Position numbers and translations under genes: made by a program. From positions 1 to 64,000 of the IMG/VR virus record IMGVR_UViG_2974613666_000001: a DNA stretch of 64,000 bases; one strand, 5' to 3'. The DNA comes from a virus. Taxonomy: Duplodnaviria; Caudoviricetes. The notes beneath the pieces are model-generated. The model was not told the origin of the DNA. It was given only the letters and a program-made list of their open reading frames with translations, and made no database searches. Position 1 is the stretch's first letter. Each line of letters starts with the position of its first letter. Shown here piece after piece: positions 29,333-40,329 of the stretch.

Positions 29333-29799
29333 ATGACAACTCAATCATTAAGCCAACTTTTAATCACAGATCCTGAGATACAAACACTATTAGAATCTTC
29401 TCTATGGAAAGAAGTAGCTGATTTCATTAACGCCATTCCAGTGATTGCCAACCCGGAGCCACAGCAAGATATTCCAGTATCGGCTACTTTACAAGATGTA
29501 CTGGGGTTGGTGACTCCACAGGAAAGATTTGCTATTGGCGAAACGCAAGCCTATAGACGAATTTTAGATGCTGTTAATCAGAGTAGGTTTGATTGGGTTG
29601 TAGATAATTTAACAACATTATTGGGGGGGGTGGAATTATCTCTCAATCAAGCTATGACGCAATATTATCTGCTTTAGACAGCCCTCAGATGATTCCTGAC
29701 CCCAACTACCAAGCGCAAATATCAGGACAATCTTTGTCACAGCAGAATGGGTTGGGTTTTGTTGATGAAAGACAGATTATGCTGGTTTGGTTAAATTAA
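29333..29799 (+). pseudogene. Hypothetical protein frameshifted at a G8 tract (29623-29630)
   Basis: G6 or G9 would fuse to GIISQSSYDAIL...IPDPNYQAQI...WLN* ending at 29799. Confidence 0.65.
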
Positions 29800-29981
29800 T
29801 ATGGCAAATATTGTGGTAGGGGCGATCGCTCCCATAAACCCGGAAAATATCTTGTTTATAGCCAAGATTTCTACGGATTTGTAAAACTTACTCAAAACTA
29901 CAGATATGTAGTGAAATATCTAGCATATTTCACTACATATCTGATACTATATAACCATAAGGTGATATAGAAGACAGTTAT

Positions 29982-32900
29982 ATGATAAAGGCTAGATATG
30001 CGGGTATTGGCACTAATTGCCCTTTGTTTGATGTTTTGGTTCTAGGTGCTGGTAATCTCACGTCTAGTGGAACCTTATATTTTTCTTTCCAATTACAAAA
30101 CCGTGCTGGATATAATATTCCGTCTGTTTCAAGCGCAATATCTTACACGGCGGGGCAACAAATACAGATAACCATACCAGAAACCGTAAAACAACCGGGA
30201 TGGGATATTCATTACTATATAGTGAGTGCTGGAACTACAAGTAATCCAAGTACCCACGTACAAATAGCGAGATACCCCGGTTTTGAGTATGAAATAGGTT
30301 TTGATCCTCAAGCAACCCGTACAACTCTACCTGCTACCATAACCTTGAGTAGAGATGAGCATATAGGGCTTGCCCCATCTGTAGCTGACTTGAATAGTTT
30401 GCCCACTGGGTTAAATAGATTAGATGGTCAAGTACGCTGGGTAGCTAGTGAGTCTAAGTGGTTCACTTACCGCGCAGATTCAAACCTACCGTTAAGCGTA
30501 GATGTGATTGCGGCTGATATTGGTCAATGGGTGCGAATGGGAACTGCTGGGGTATATGTATCAGATACTCGTAGTGGTGCTGGGAGTGATCGCATAGTGA
30601 CTGCTGTAAACCCAGTAACAGCCATACCAACACCACCATACCCAGGAAATAATATTGGAAAGGTATTACCACAATGGGAAGCTCAGTATTGGCTCTACAA
30701 CAACGGTACAAATGTGCTTCCTGCTGGAACTGAGTTCGGCATAGCCTTAGAGTATAACAATAGGCGATCGCCTGACTTGCTTGATGGTCTATTCCTGGTT
30801 AAATTTATAGGGTTTATCAGAAGTGATGGGACAGTAAGGACACAGACAAGTGCTGGATTAGAGTTTCCGAACTTAGGTGCATTCATAACGTGGACACCTA
30901 AAAAAACTGCACCGTTTTTAACTATAGATGACTTACAACCGGGAGAGGCGATCGCACTTGCAGTCAAACCGTTCTTTAGCTCTGCTGAGTTAAACAACCA
31001 AGTAACACCTAAATCAGTAATAGGTGTAATACCTGTAATAAGGACGCAATCAGGTGACTACAACTCACTGGGTAAAGTGATGGGTAGTAACGTAGTTTAC
31101 GACATAGGTGACAAATACAGGATAGTACCGAACACATTACTCTCTTATGACATCCTATCGGGAATAGCACTTGTTGGTGGTTACGATTTCCCTAAAAAGG
31201 AAAGGCGCACATTCGGTAATTTACAAGCTGGTATACCCGGACAGAAAGTGATAATAAATGGCAATGGAGGTGTATACTCAGAATTAGATAGCTATGTACC
31301 TTCTAGTAGTGAAGATATTAGAGCGATAGTCGGAACCGCAGCAGGTGAAAGTTCAGTAGGTAACTTCACTACATACACGGCAGGTAGTGGTTTTAATATT
31401 TCTTTCACTCATCCGACTCTCATACGCAGTGACTATCCTGATGTGATTGCTGGTAGTGATAAGGGTAAGTTTAACGCTATCTATATCAATTTCTACATCC
31501 AGAGGGAGGACACATTAGAGATTCGTAAGTTTACGGGTTATATGACCCTACCAGATGGTGTGCAAGAATATACCATTTCTAATTGGGACTCAGGGACTGT
31601 AGCCGCACTACCAACACCTAACGCTGACTTCTCTTTATTTACACCTAGTAATGTAACCATTACCTCTATCACAGGTAACTTCCCTGCTACAAATTTTAGG
31701 GTGGCATATTCGTTTCAATACGACGGATACCAAATAACATCTATATCGCATTCTACACCGCCGTGTATTAAAGAAATAGTTGGAGATTTGAAGCCACCAA
31801 CTGTGCAGGTAAACCCTACCATAACAACTGTAGCCCACGGAGAACCTGCCACAGTAACAAACACGGGTACGACCAGTGACTTAAATCTGACATTTACACT
31901 ACCAGCAGGGGAACCAGGCTTACCAGGGGAAAATGGGATTAATGCGTTCACTCAAATTACAGCAGATTTTACTATTCCGGCTATAGGTACAACAGTAACT
32001 ATTGCTGTAGGGAGTTCAGAGTGGATGTCTCCTGGGCAACTGATTTATATAGAAAACACAGGAAGTTTCACCGTAATCAGCAAACCAGACCCCATCTCTG
32101 CGATTATCCAAAATGACGGCTACCAGGGCAACTTGAACCCCGGTGTAATTGTAATTGCGCCAAAAGGTGTATCTCCTGCTGGTGCTGCGGGATTGAGTGG
32201 TAAATCTGGCTATACAACAACAACTGCTGCTTTCTTGCAACCAGCTACAGGACTAACTGTAGAAGTAGCAGTAATTGACAGTAATTGGATGCCTGTGGGT
32301 CTGATTACCTTTATTTCAGTAGGGGGATATTACAGGGTTCAGTCAAAACCAAGTAGTACAGCAGTTATCCTTGAAAATCTTGGATATTCTGTAAATGCTG
32401 CGGAAGGAGCAACTATAGCAATTTCGCAAACTGTCTCTAGTGGTGGTGTAAGAGGCATTGGTGGGATAGACGGTATTGACGGAATTAATGCTTACACGAC
32501 AACGACGGCTGATTTTGTACAACCGTCGGTAGGGATCGCAGTAACTATATCTGTTGGCAGATCAGATTGGATGTCAATTGGTCAGGTGGTTTTCGTCGAG
32601 GACGCTGGTAGTTACCAAGTGGCGGTAATTCCAGATAGTATCTCGGCAACTTTAGTGAATTTAGGGTATTCCCACAACGTCGCTTCAGGGACTTCTGTGG
32701 TTGCTCCTAAGAAAGTCACACCAGCAGGATTGAATGGTGATACTGGTATTGGTACACCTGGTCAACCCGCTTACACTTCCACTACTTCCAGTTTTGTGCA
32801 ACCTGCTAGTGGGGCAAACGTAATAATTGAAGTGGGCAGTTCTGATTGGGCTGGTGTTGGTGCGAGAGTATTTGTTGTTTCCGGTGGTACTTATCAGGTA

Positions 32901-33665
32901 ATTTCCAAGCCTTCTGCAATCTCTCTAGAAATACAGAATCTAGCGACCTATTCAACTAATACCGCAGCAGGTGCAACTATAAATAGTGGTGTGTTGGTAG
33001 CTCCCACAGGTACTAAAGGCGAGCAAGGCGCGACGGGTACAGTCACAGGATCTAGTGGGTTAATTCTAAATCCTGCAAGTTCAATTACTACTGGAGTTAA
33101 TGAGTATGGTGTGTACTTCGATAGTATTACTGGGTTCCCCAAATACAGATTCCCTGAAAACGGCGCGACAGCAATTGTGGGTAATTATCAAAATGCCATC
33201 TATTTACTACCGTTGACAACACCCTCTACACCATCAACTGCTCATGCTTTCTTTGTTGATAGCGCTGATGGTAGAATTAAAAAAAGGGGGAGCAGTGATG
33301 GTGCTGTAAATCCATTTGCTTTCATCAATCTTCCACAGCAATACAGTAACTTCCAAGGTTCTGTACGTGTAACTCAGAATATATCAGGGAGTGTAACTTT
33401 AGATGGTTCTTTAGCCAACATTTATGACCTAACTGTAACTGCTGAAGTCACTAATTTAACTGTAAATAATCTACAGTCAGGGTTTTATATTTTTAATATA
33501 ATTCAAGGCACAACACCTTATCCTGTGACATTAGATGGGGATGTATTTAAGATACAAGATGATGATATTTCTGTTATTTCAATCACCACTAATAAAAAGA
33601 GTAAGATAACAGGCGAATGTAACGGTACAACTATTGAATACGCAATTGGCGTGTGGAGTATATAA
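29982..33665 (+). CDS. Tail fibre / receptor-binding-like protein
   Basis: Four ~90-aa repeats starting (A/G)(F/Y)TxTTxxFxxP, separated by short collagen-like G-X-Y stretches. Confidence 0.7.
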   Translation: MIKARYAGIGTNCPLFDVLVLGAGNLTSSGTLYFSFQLQNRAGYNIPSVSSAISYTAGQQIQITIPETVKQPGWDIHYYIVSAGTTSNPSTHVQIARYPGFEYEIGFDPQATRTTLPATITLSRDEHIGLAPSVADLNSLPTGLNRLDGQVRWVASESKWFTYRADSNLPLSVDVIAADIGQWVRMGTAGVYVSDTRSGAGSDRIVTAVNPVTAIPTPPYPGNNIGKVLPQWEAQYWLYNNGTNVLPAGTEFGIALEYNNRRSPDLLDGLFLVKFIGFIRSDGTVRTQTSAGLEFPNLGAFITWTPKKTAPFLTIDDLQPGEAIALAVKPFFSSAELNNQVTPKSVIGVIPVIRTQSGDYNSLGKVMGSNVVYDIGDKYRIVPNTLLSYDILSGIALVGGYDFPKKERRTFGNLQAGIPGQKVIINGNGGVYSELDSYVPSSSEDIRAIVGTAAGESSVGNFTTYTAGSGFNISFTHPTLIRSDYPDVIAGSDKGKFNAIYINFYIQREDTLEIRKFTGYMTLPDGVQEYTISNWDSGTVAALPTPNADFSLFTPSNVTITSITGNFPATNFRVAYSFQYDGYQITSISHSTPPCIKEIVGDLKPPTVQVNPTITTVAHGEPATVTNTGTTSDLNLTFTLPAGEPGLPGENGINAFTQITADFTIPAIGTTVTIAVGSSEWMSPGQLIYIENTGSFTVISKPDPISAIIQNDGYQGNLNPGVIVIAPKGVSPAGAAGLSGKSGYTTTTAAFLQPATGLTVEVAVIDSNWMPVGLITFISVGGYYRVQSKPSSTAVILENLGYSVNAAEGATIAISQTVSSGGVRGIGGIDGIDGINAYTTTTADFVQPSVGIAVTISVGRSDWMSIGQVVFVEDAGSYQVAVIPDSISATLVNLGYSHNVASGTSVVAPKKVTPAGLNGDTGIGTPGQPAYTSTTSSFVQPASGANVIIEVGSSDWAGVGARVFVVSGGTYQVISKPSAISLEIQNLATYSTNTAAGATINSGVLVAPTGTKGEQGATGTVTGSSGLILNPASSITTGVNEYGVYFDSITGFPKYRFPENGATAIVGNYQNAIYLLPLTTPSTPSTAHAFFVDSADGRIKKRGSSDGAVNPFAFINLPQQYSNFQGSVRVTQNISGSVTLDGSLANIYDLTVTAEVTNLTVNNLQSGFYIFNIIQGTTPYPVTLDGDVFKIQDDDISVISITTNKKSKITGECNGTTIEYAIGVWSI

Positions 33666-34315
33666 TGTTTAATCTAATTGGTTCTGGTTTGATTAATAGT
33701 AAGAAAAAAGCAATAATAACACCCTCTGATCCTACAGTGAAAGCGCTATTTCACTTCGATAGTGATTTCAGTGATGTAAAAGGTAATACTGTGAATCTAA
33801 TCGGAAGTCCAACCCTCTCTACTGCTCAAAGTAAATTTGGAGGTTCATCTTTCTACGCAGACCCCCCCTATTCCCATAGAATAGAAATACCTTCAACAGA
33901 GAATTTAGCGCTAGGAACAGAAAACTTTATCTTTGAATTTTTCTGCTACGCAGTTACGACGGCTCAAAAAAACTTTAATGTTCTAGATACTAATAATCTA
34001 TCATCAGATATATTTTTCTATACACGTGACAATAATATCAGCCTTTTTTATGGCGGAACTAAGATAACTACACCTTGCCCTTCTGGGCAACAGAATTACG
34101 TTGCCTTAACTCGTGAAGGTGGTCTGATAAAGCTTTACGTGAATGGGGTTAAAGCGTCTACTGATTATAATTTTGGTACGGGTTCTTTAGGAACAGCTAC
34201 AAAATTAACAATAGGTACGACTTTTGGAAATAATATCTATATAGATGAGCTTCGATTAAGTATCGGCTCTATTCAGACACCTACCGTAGTCCCAACAGCA
34301 CCGTTTCCCGATTAA
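33653..34315 (+). CDS. LamG-like jelly-roll domain protein (start probably ATG 33665)
   Basis: ALFHFD..FSD, STAQSKFGGSS, FIFEFF, YVALTR....KLYVNG, YIDELR. Confidence 0.8.
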   Translation: MEYIMFNLIGSGLINSKKKAIITPSDPTVKALFHFDSDFSDVKGNTVNLIGSPTLSTAQSKFGGSSFYADPPYSHRIEIPSTENLALGTENFIFEFFCYAVTTAQKNFNVLDTNNLSSDIFFYTRDNNISLFYGGTKITTPCPSGQQNYVALTREGGLIKLYVNGVKASTDYNFGTGSLGTATKLTIGTTFGNNIYIDELRLSIGSIQTPTVVPTAPFPD

Positions 34316-34429
34316 AGCACGAATAACGAACAAGAGATAAAACAACTATTTTCAAACCTGCAAAACATCTAGGCAGGTACTACGGTTAGACAGCTATTCC
34401 CCAGACCTTTAAGCAATCGGAGTAATTGA

Positions 34430-34768
34430 ATGAGCCAGCTAAAAATAGTTGAAGATAACCTGTTTGTATTTGTACTCAACTTTTCTGATACTGTAGTTGA
34501 CTTATATGAAGTATTGAAGGTCTATAATCAGTATGCGTTCTTAAGTGATGACTTTTTCCCGGATATTTACGAAAATCTTTGTGTGAATGCTTATAACGCA
34601 AGAAATATGGAAGATTTGCGTATTTAGGCAAATCATTATAGCTTAATACCTCCAAACAAAATACTCGCATACTTTGAAGGAAAAGTTATTGATTTTTCAC
34701 AAGCATATAAAATATCTAAACTTCTTGAGTGCGGTGAAGACTATTACTTGATGGATGAAAATGATTAA
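34430..34768 (+). pseudogene. Hypothetical protein with in-frame TAG at 34625
   Basis: Frame stays open past the TAG to TAA at ~34768, overlapping the next start. Confidence 0.45.
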
Positions 34769-36980
34769 CGAACAAGAAATAAAGCAACTATTCTCCCGTC
34801 TGCAAAACATCCAATCTGGCACGTCTACAGGTGGACGGGCGGGGAGTAAAATATGGTTCAAATTGCCCCAGGGACAGGAGCAAGCTATCTGCGTTAAAGA
34901 TGTAGAACCTGGGGCTTGCCTGGGGTTGAAAGCCGATGACGGGCAATGGTATTTGACTCAGGCTAGTGAAATCTCTAGGGAGGAGCGATCGCGTCACCAG
35001 ATTAGCTATAGAAGGTGTGAGCAGAAGCCCGAAAACAACTATCCTATTATTTCTTTACTTTACCAAGACCAGAACTTATCTCAAGCGCCACTTAAGCCTG
35101 AATTCAAAATAGCTGAGTATTGGCTGACTGGTAATAAAAAATATAAATTAAAACTTATCACATCAAAAGATGGCGACCCCAGTATAGGCTACGACGACGA
35201 CAAGATGACAGTTGCCAACGATGCAGCCAACGCTTTTGTACATAATTATGGTAAAGGTAAATACTTGTTTGCATCATTTAGATTTGATTTTGCAACCGGA
35301 TACGAGTTTATTATAAAAAAACCCACAGGAGAAACAGTAGAAATAAAGTCCCCTAGCAATGCCGGCTTTGGGTATTTAGGAAATGGGATATATCAGTTCT
35401 ATATTGAGAATGGCATAGGACGTTCGTTGGATGCTATGCTTCCAGACATAAGGATAAATAACGAGACTAGGATGTTTGTCCGTAACGGTACAATTGGCGA
35501 TGTGTATTATGGACTTGATGCGCCTGGTGCTTACCTCGACGGGTTTGGCGGGAATGTCAAATACCTCACTTCTAGTTCTGGAGGTTTTGGCTTTTATGCC
35601 ACATCTAGGCTAAATTCTTATATATTGCCGGAAGGCAAGAATTACACAATATATGATGGCGAATTGATTGAATTAAGCGGTTCAGTCAGTATAAATTTAG
35701 GCGGAATATTTGAATACGAGGGAGTACCTACTGCTAATAATAACTATATTCCTCAGTTTTTAGATCGTCCGCTTTTTGGCTGGAGGAATAGAACAGTATC
35801 ACATACAACGTGGCTACCCAATGAAAATAAAACTTTTACCTTTTTTTCCACAGCAAGTAAAGATACAGTATCTGATCAAGATAACATATATAAGTATACT
35901 TACCTGGAAACTATGTCTGGTGAGCTAATGCTAATGAGTTGGGAAAAAGACTACATAGTGCATAAGTTCTCAGGAGTGAATAAAGAAACTAAGCACATAG
36001 TGAATGAAGAAACTAAGCACATAGAGGGGAATAATGCTACCCTTGCAGAATATATTGCTCCAGGTACACAAATATTAACTCTAAAAAGATATGGTGACGT
36101 GGACGGTGATAATGACCTTCAACTAAACGCAACAGGTAAATTTTTAATTTTACCTAAAACTTACAATACGTCTTTAACTCCAGATACAGTTTCATTTTCA
36201 GTAAGATTGGATTATGGTTTGGATTTTTACACAGATAGGCTTAATCCAAGCTTGGATTTATCATCTTATATAGGTGAAAAGATAATTACTTCTCAAACTA
36301 TGGGTGGTGTGAATTATATAATAAGAGGGTTTATAAAGGGCTTTACAGAAGATGCAAACGGTAGGTTGAATTTCAATATTACGGTAGAAAATATGTCCTC
36401 GATACCGAGAGCAGAGTCTTCTTTAAACTTTATTAAAAATAGAAACCATCCTTTTGTAGATTTTATAGTATTAGACAATGGTTGTTTCTGGAACTACTAT
36501 TTAAGCTCTGCCATTAATGCGGGAGCTATATCGTACAAAAGATTTAACTATGACGGATTTAGCTTTAAAGACATAGAGGGGATGTCTTTTGGTACGAGAA
36601 GAAAAACTTTGACCTGTGATCAGACGATGGGGTTTATCCATACGAACCCCATAACAGTACCTTTCTGCGCTTTATACTTAGATGACATATACGCGCCACC
36701 TGCTAGAGTTCTACTTACAGACAATTTAGTGGGTAGAAGTATTTATAGGGTTAATGATTTTTCATTAATAGACTCATATGTAGATGGAAGTACTGCCGAA
36801 GAACTAAAAATAAAAAAAATGCCTGTATCTGAATGGAAGATTGATGATGAGGGCAACGTTGTGTATAGCAAAACTTTTTTAGTAGACTACATTAATAAAT
36901 TCCCTCACATCAATCCTGACACAAAAACCATTGATCCGAACTTAACTCAATTTGGTAGCAGCTATCACCCAAAAGTTTAG
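34755..36980 (+). CDS. Large hypothetical tail-region protein
   Basis: 741 aa, beta-rich; 24-bp tandem duplication (VNKETKHI/VNEETKHI) at ~35976-36024. Confidence 0.65.
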   Translation: MKMINEQEIKQLFSRLQNIQSGTSTGGRAGSKIWFKLPQGQEQAICVKDVEPGACLGLKADDGQWYLTQASEISREERSRHQISYRRCEQKPENNYPIISLLYQDQNLSQAPLKPEFKIAEYWLTGNKKYKLKLITSKDGDPSIGYDDDKMTVANDAANAFVHNYGKGKYLFASFRFDFATGYEFIIKKPTGETVEIKSPSNAGFGYLGNGIYQFYIENGIGRSLDAMLPDIRINNETRMFVRNGTIGDVYYGLDAPGAYLDGFGGNVKYLTSSSGGFGFYATSRLNSYILPEGKNYTIYDGELIELSGSVSINLGGIFEYEGVPTANNNYIPQFLDRPLFGWRNRTVSHTTWLPNENKTFTFFSTASKDTVSDQDNIYKYTYLETMSGELMLMSWEKDYIVHKFSGVNKETKHIVNEETKHIEGNNATLAEYIAPGTQILTLKRYGDVDGDNDLQLNATGKFLILPKTYNTSLTPDTVSFSVRLDYGLDFYTDRLNPSLDLSSYIGEKIITSQTMGGVNYIIRGFIKGFTEDANGRLNFNITVENMSSIPRAESSLNFIKNRNHPFVDFIVLDNGCFWNYYLSSAINAGAISYKRFNYDGFSFKDIEGMSFGTRRKTLTCDQTMGFIHTNPITVPFCALYLDDIYAPPARVLLTDNLVGRSIYRVNDFSLIDSYVDGSTAEELKIKKMPVSEWKIDDEGNVVYSKTFLVDYINKFPHINPDTKTIDPNLTQFGSSYHPKV

Positions 36981-37058
36981 TGGTATTGCTTAGGGGTTCT
37001 ATCCTGTATCTGCTATCGCTGCTCTTCAAAAGGGAAAGCATTATTGCCGAATAATGCT

Positions 37059-39479
37059 TTACCAGTCAGGCTTTCTACGGCTAACCACAATAGACCAATC
37101 TAGACCGCTACCTAGTGTTTGGGCTATTATCTGAAAAATGGTTAGATCAACTTGCGGAGGTTCTGGATCTGGAGGAATTTGTATTTTATCAAAAGTTACT
37201 ATTGGGTAATCACGCCTACCTAATGTAAGGCTAGTGACTGATGTAATTTTAGGCATACCGTTAATAGAACCAAGTATTGTGTCTGTAGTAGACGCTGATA
37301 GAATTGTGCGTCTACGATACTGGCCGTTACACCAATAAGTGAAAGGATCTCCCTCTTTGAGGTCTGGTCTACCTTCTATTTGAAGAGCCTCAGTAAAACC
37401 ATTCCGCCAATTCTCAACAGCTAGTTTACACCTCGCGCCAGTTATAGCTTGATCAAATGTAGTAGCTGCTGTGAAGGATTCTCTACCTCCAACTGGATTA
37501 CTAGCACTATAACCTTTAGATTGAATGAGATATCTATACTCTTGAGGTGCTGGATCTGTATCAGGTGGGGGTAGGTTGTCTGGGTCGTTTAACTTGAATA
37601 GGGGGGGTCTGCGAGGAGCTAAGGGTAACTCACCTGTACCTTCTTCTACAAATGTCTCTTCAACAGCAGAGGCGATCTCCTGACCCTGCGCGTTAAACTT
37701 TTTAATGTAGGTTGAGAATTTCTGGGGGGACACTTCTTCCTTGTTAGTAACTACAGAGACATTAAGGATAGGGTCTATGCCATAAGTATATTTATACGTA
37801 GGAGGTATTACTTCTGTAAAAGACTCAAACCTCGACTCCTCCCCTACTATTAATCTAGGTAGAAGCTTGTCGGTTGATCCGGGATCTATACCTGTATTTT
37901 CTGGATTCTCTCTGCTTTTATATGATACCGTCTCACTGCGCTCAAATTTTACATAGTAGGGAGGTGCATAATTAAGATTTTTTACAAACACAGGGGAACT
38001 TGTACCATCAGGATTGCACTCCTTACCTTGGACAAGAAAATCGCTGATACTGAATTTGTATTCAGGTATTATTTCTAAATATTTGCTTGATCTTCCCACT
38101 ATAGGAAGATCAAAAAACTGATATAGCTCAAACTCAGGATCTGTTGCACCTAATTGCAAAGTCTGAGGTGCTTCAGTGGATTCCTGTTTGTATCTAACCT
38201 TCTGGAAACCATAAGCGTAAGTAGACAGTAAATAACCTGTTTTAATATCATAATTATATGTTGTTGTTACCTGCCTAATTAGCTGCCAGTAGTTAGAAGG
38301 TATACCATCAAGCCCACCTGTACTAGCGCTATATAAATCATCGGCTATAAAGGCAAAACCATAGGTTTCGTCCACCTGTTTTGTTATAGTACCACCAGAT
38401 TCAGTAATTATAGAACGTGATTTGGTAGTACCTCCTATGTCAAAGCACAGACTCATAGTTTTTATTGTGTCTACACCTTCCAAAACATTGGGAGCATCCT
38501 CATCACCTTCTATGCGCTCTTTAGTTGTTAAATCAATAGCAGTGAAGGTGGGTATATAATTACCCTGCGTTGGGTCAACTATATCAGTATCTAGTGGGTC
38601 TGAAAACTCCCCTGTTAGCTCAACATTAGGATATTCAAACCCTAATGCAATATCCTCTGCTGCTTGTATAGTAGGTACTGGATAAGGTGTAGTTGTTAAA
38701 GGGAAAGTAGTCTGATTATTAAACGTTGGTGAGATATATGGCGGTGAGCTTATTACTGTCTTGGCAGTTCTATCTATAGCCTCGTAGCTAGTTTCTACAG
38801 CCCCGTAAATCTCCGATTCAGGATAATAAGCACCCCCGTAGACATTAATAGATGAAACCTCCACACCATTGGGATTACTCCACCGAATGAATGCGTTAGC
38901 AATCCTTACTCTTTCCTCTAGTAACTGTATTGGATCTACGACAGCATCAAGAGGAGTATTTTCTGGTATGTTTACGGGGTTTAAAGTAACTGAACCTAGG
39001 TAGGGTATGCCTATCTTAGATAGTAAGTTTTGAACTGTTGTAGTTTTGTTTGGATCTGGATCATCAGGATCGTCAGGTACTACGCAATCAGGATCAAGGA
39101 AAGGCACGTCAGTAGGAGGATTGTTAGTACCGTCTCCTCTCAGAAAAGCAACGCTTCCCGCATTATTCTCCCATCTACCACCAAGAGATACGCTGATTCT
39201 GCATCGGCTGTCAGGATGTATAGAACGGGGCATCTCCTGAATCTGAATGTTATTAATCCTAAAAGGTATTCCGTATATATTAAATTCTTTACCCGGTTTA
39301 AATATAGACTGTAATATGTTCTTAGATAACGTGGATTCAAGCTCTAACTGACCACTTGGATGCTGCTCAAACTGGCGGTTAATCTGCACAGTGCCAGTTA
39401 AAGGTAAATTGTAGAAGAATGATGGTAAAGATGTAAGCAGCTTAGGTGCAAAGGGTAATGGGTTAGGAGCCATAGACAA
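37059..39479 (-). CDS. Putative baseplate hub/tail protein
   Basis: 806 aa, Thr/Pro-rich; C-terminal LQIEGRPDLKEGD reminiscent of hub proteins. Confidence 0.45.
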   Translation of the reverse strand: MSMAPNPLPFAPKLLTSLPSFFYNLPLTGTVQINRQFEQHPSGQLELESTLSKNILQSIFKPGKEFNIYGIPFRINNIQIQEMPRSIHPDSRCRISVSLGGRWENNAGSVAFLRGDGTNNPPTDVPFLDPDCVVPDDPDDPDPNKTTTVQNLLSKIGIPYLGSVTLNPVNIPENTPLDAVVDPIQLLEERVRIANAFIRWSNPNGVEVSSINVYGGAYYPESEIYGAVETSYEAIDRTAKTVISSPPYISPTFNNQTTFPLTTTPYPVPTIQAAEDIALGFEYPNVELTGEFSDPLDTDIVDPTQGNYIPTFTAIDLTTKERIEGDEDAPNVLEGVDTIKTMSLCFDIGGTTKSRSIITESGGTITKQVDETYGFAFIADDLYSASTGGLDGIPSNYWQLIRQVTTTYNYDIKTGYLLSTYAYGFQKVRYKQESTEAPQTLQLGATDPEFELYQFFDLPIVGRSSKYLEIIPEYKFSISDFLVQGKECNPDGTSSPVFVKNLNYAPPYYVKFERSETVSYKSRENPENTGIDPGSTDKLLPRLIVGEESRFESFTEVIPPTYKYTYGIDPILNVSVVTNKEEVSPQKFSTYIKKFNAQGQEIASAVEETFVEEGTGELPLAPRRPPLFKLNDPDNLPPPDTDPAPQEYRYLIQSKGYSASNPVGGRESFTAATTFDQAITGARCKLAVENWRNGFTEALQIEGRPDLKEGDPFTYWCNGQYRRRTILSASTTDTILGSINGMPKITSVTSLTLGRRDYPIVTFDKIQIPPDPEPPQVDLTIFQIIAQTLGSGLDWSIVVSRRKPDW

Positions 39480-39813
39480 CTATAGAAGGTATGACCTCGT
39501 TTAAATAAATTTGAACAGTATTTGTATAGGGATTGTGAAAGAACTCGCCAGCAGTAGGAGATACAGGGTTAACTGCTGGTGTTAGGCTTTTACCATTAGC
39601 TACCACAAGTAAGACCAGCCGCCAATCATTAGGTAAGGGCATAGCCCCTGACGGGTTACTAATTACCACTGTTTTGGTACTAGCGTAGTCAATATTGGCT
39701 AGGTGGGGATAATAAACCCCGTTGGTATTCTGGTCAAAAGAAACCTCGATGAACGGAGTGTACGAACCTAATAGGCTGTCAGGGAAATCAGGGGAGTCTA
39801 TTATTATTGCCAT
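39463..39813 (-). CDS. Hypothetical structural protein
   Basis: Overlaps the start of the downstream 806-aa gene. Confidence 0.6.
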   Translation of the reverse strand: MAIIIDSPDFPDSLLGSYTPFIEVSFDQNTNGVYYPHLANIDYASTKTVVISNPSGAMPLPNDWRLVLLVVANGKSLTPAVNPVSPTAGEFFHNPYTNTVQIYLNEVIPSIVVYGS

Positions 39814-39977
39814 TATTTATATTGCTTGTAAGACTTACCCTGTATCTGAGTTCTTGTTAGTTCAAACGGTAGCGTGAACTTAACACCCCTGTAAGTTATC
39901 TGAACATCAGAATCAGTTTTTTTAATTCTGGGTAGTAGTTTGTAGAATAAATTGGCATTTTCTTCTGTTGTGTACAT
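39813..39977 (-). CDS. 54-aa hypothetical protein
   Basis: MYTTEENANLFYKLLPRIKK...ITYRGVKF...; TAATG-coupled to the next gene. Confidence 0.55.
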   Translation of the reverse strand: MYTTEENANLFYKLLPRIKKTDSDVQITYRGVKFTLPFELTRTQIQGKSYKQYK

Positions 39978-39999
39978 AGCTTTTCTTTAATACAAGTCC

Positions 40000-40329
40000 T
40001 TAAACAGGTGTAGGATTTGAATCATCACTTTCTGGTTCTTCGTAATCTAAAGGGCAATCACCAGGAGTAACGTATTCAGCAGGGGATAATCCTAGCAGGG
40101 TCATAGCTTCTGACAATAAGCCGATCAAATACAAGCGACGTGCAGGACGGCTCACCACTAAATCAGTCCAGTAATTACCATCAGAATCAGGCACTCTAGA
40201 AATAGTTACATGAAGGTCGTCAGAAGGTAGACCGCCAAAGTCTCCGGTAGTGGACGCTAATAAGTCTTCATCTGTTTGAATAGTCTCACTGAAGTCATTA
40301 CCTTGATCTGGTTTAGGTTGGTCAGCCAT
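40000..40329 (-). CDS. Acidic hypothetical protein
   Basis: 109-aa ORF heading the minus-strand operon. Confidence 0.6.
   Translation of the reverse strand: MADQPKPDQGNDFSETIQTDEDLLASTTGDFGGLPSDDLHVTISRVPDSDGNYWTDLVVSRPARRLYLIGLLSEAMTLLGLSPAEYVTPGDCPLDYEEPESDDSNPTPV

Noticed and set aside
3480-34627. Stop-codon reassignment (TAG to Gln), suggested by in-frame TAGs at 3480, ~34370 and 34625
   Set aside because: Portal, protease, cement and capsid genes end in TAG and long genes have no internal TAG; the cases lie in remnants
29982-36980. Diversity-generating retroelement acting on tail genes
   Set aside because: No reverse transcriptase and no TR/VR pair with adenine-specific differences seen
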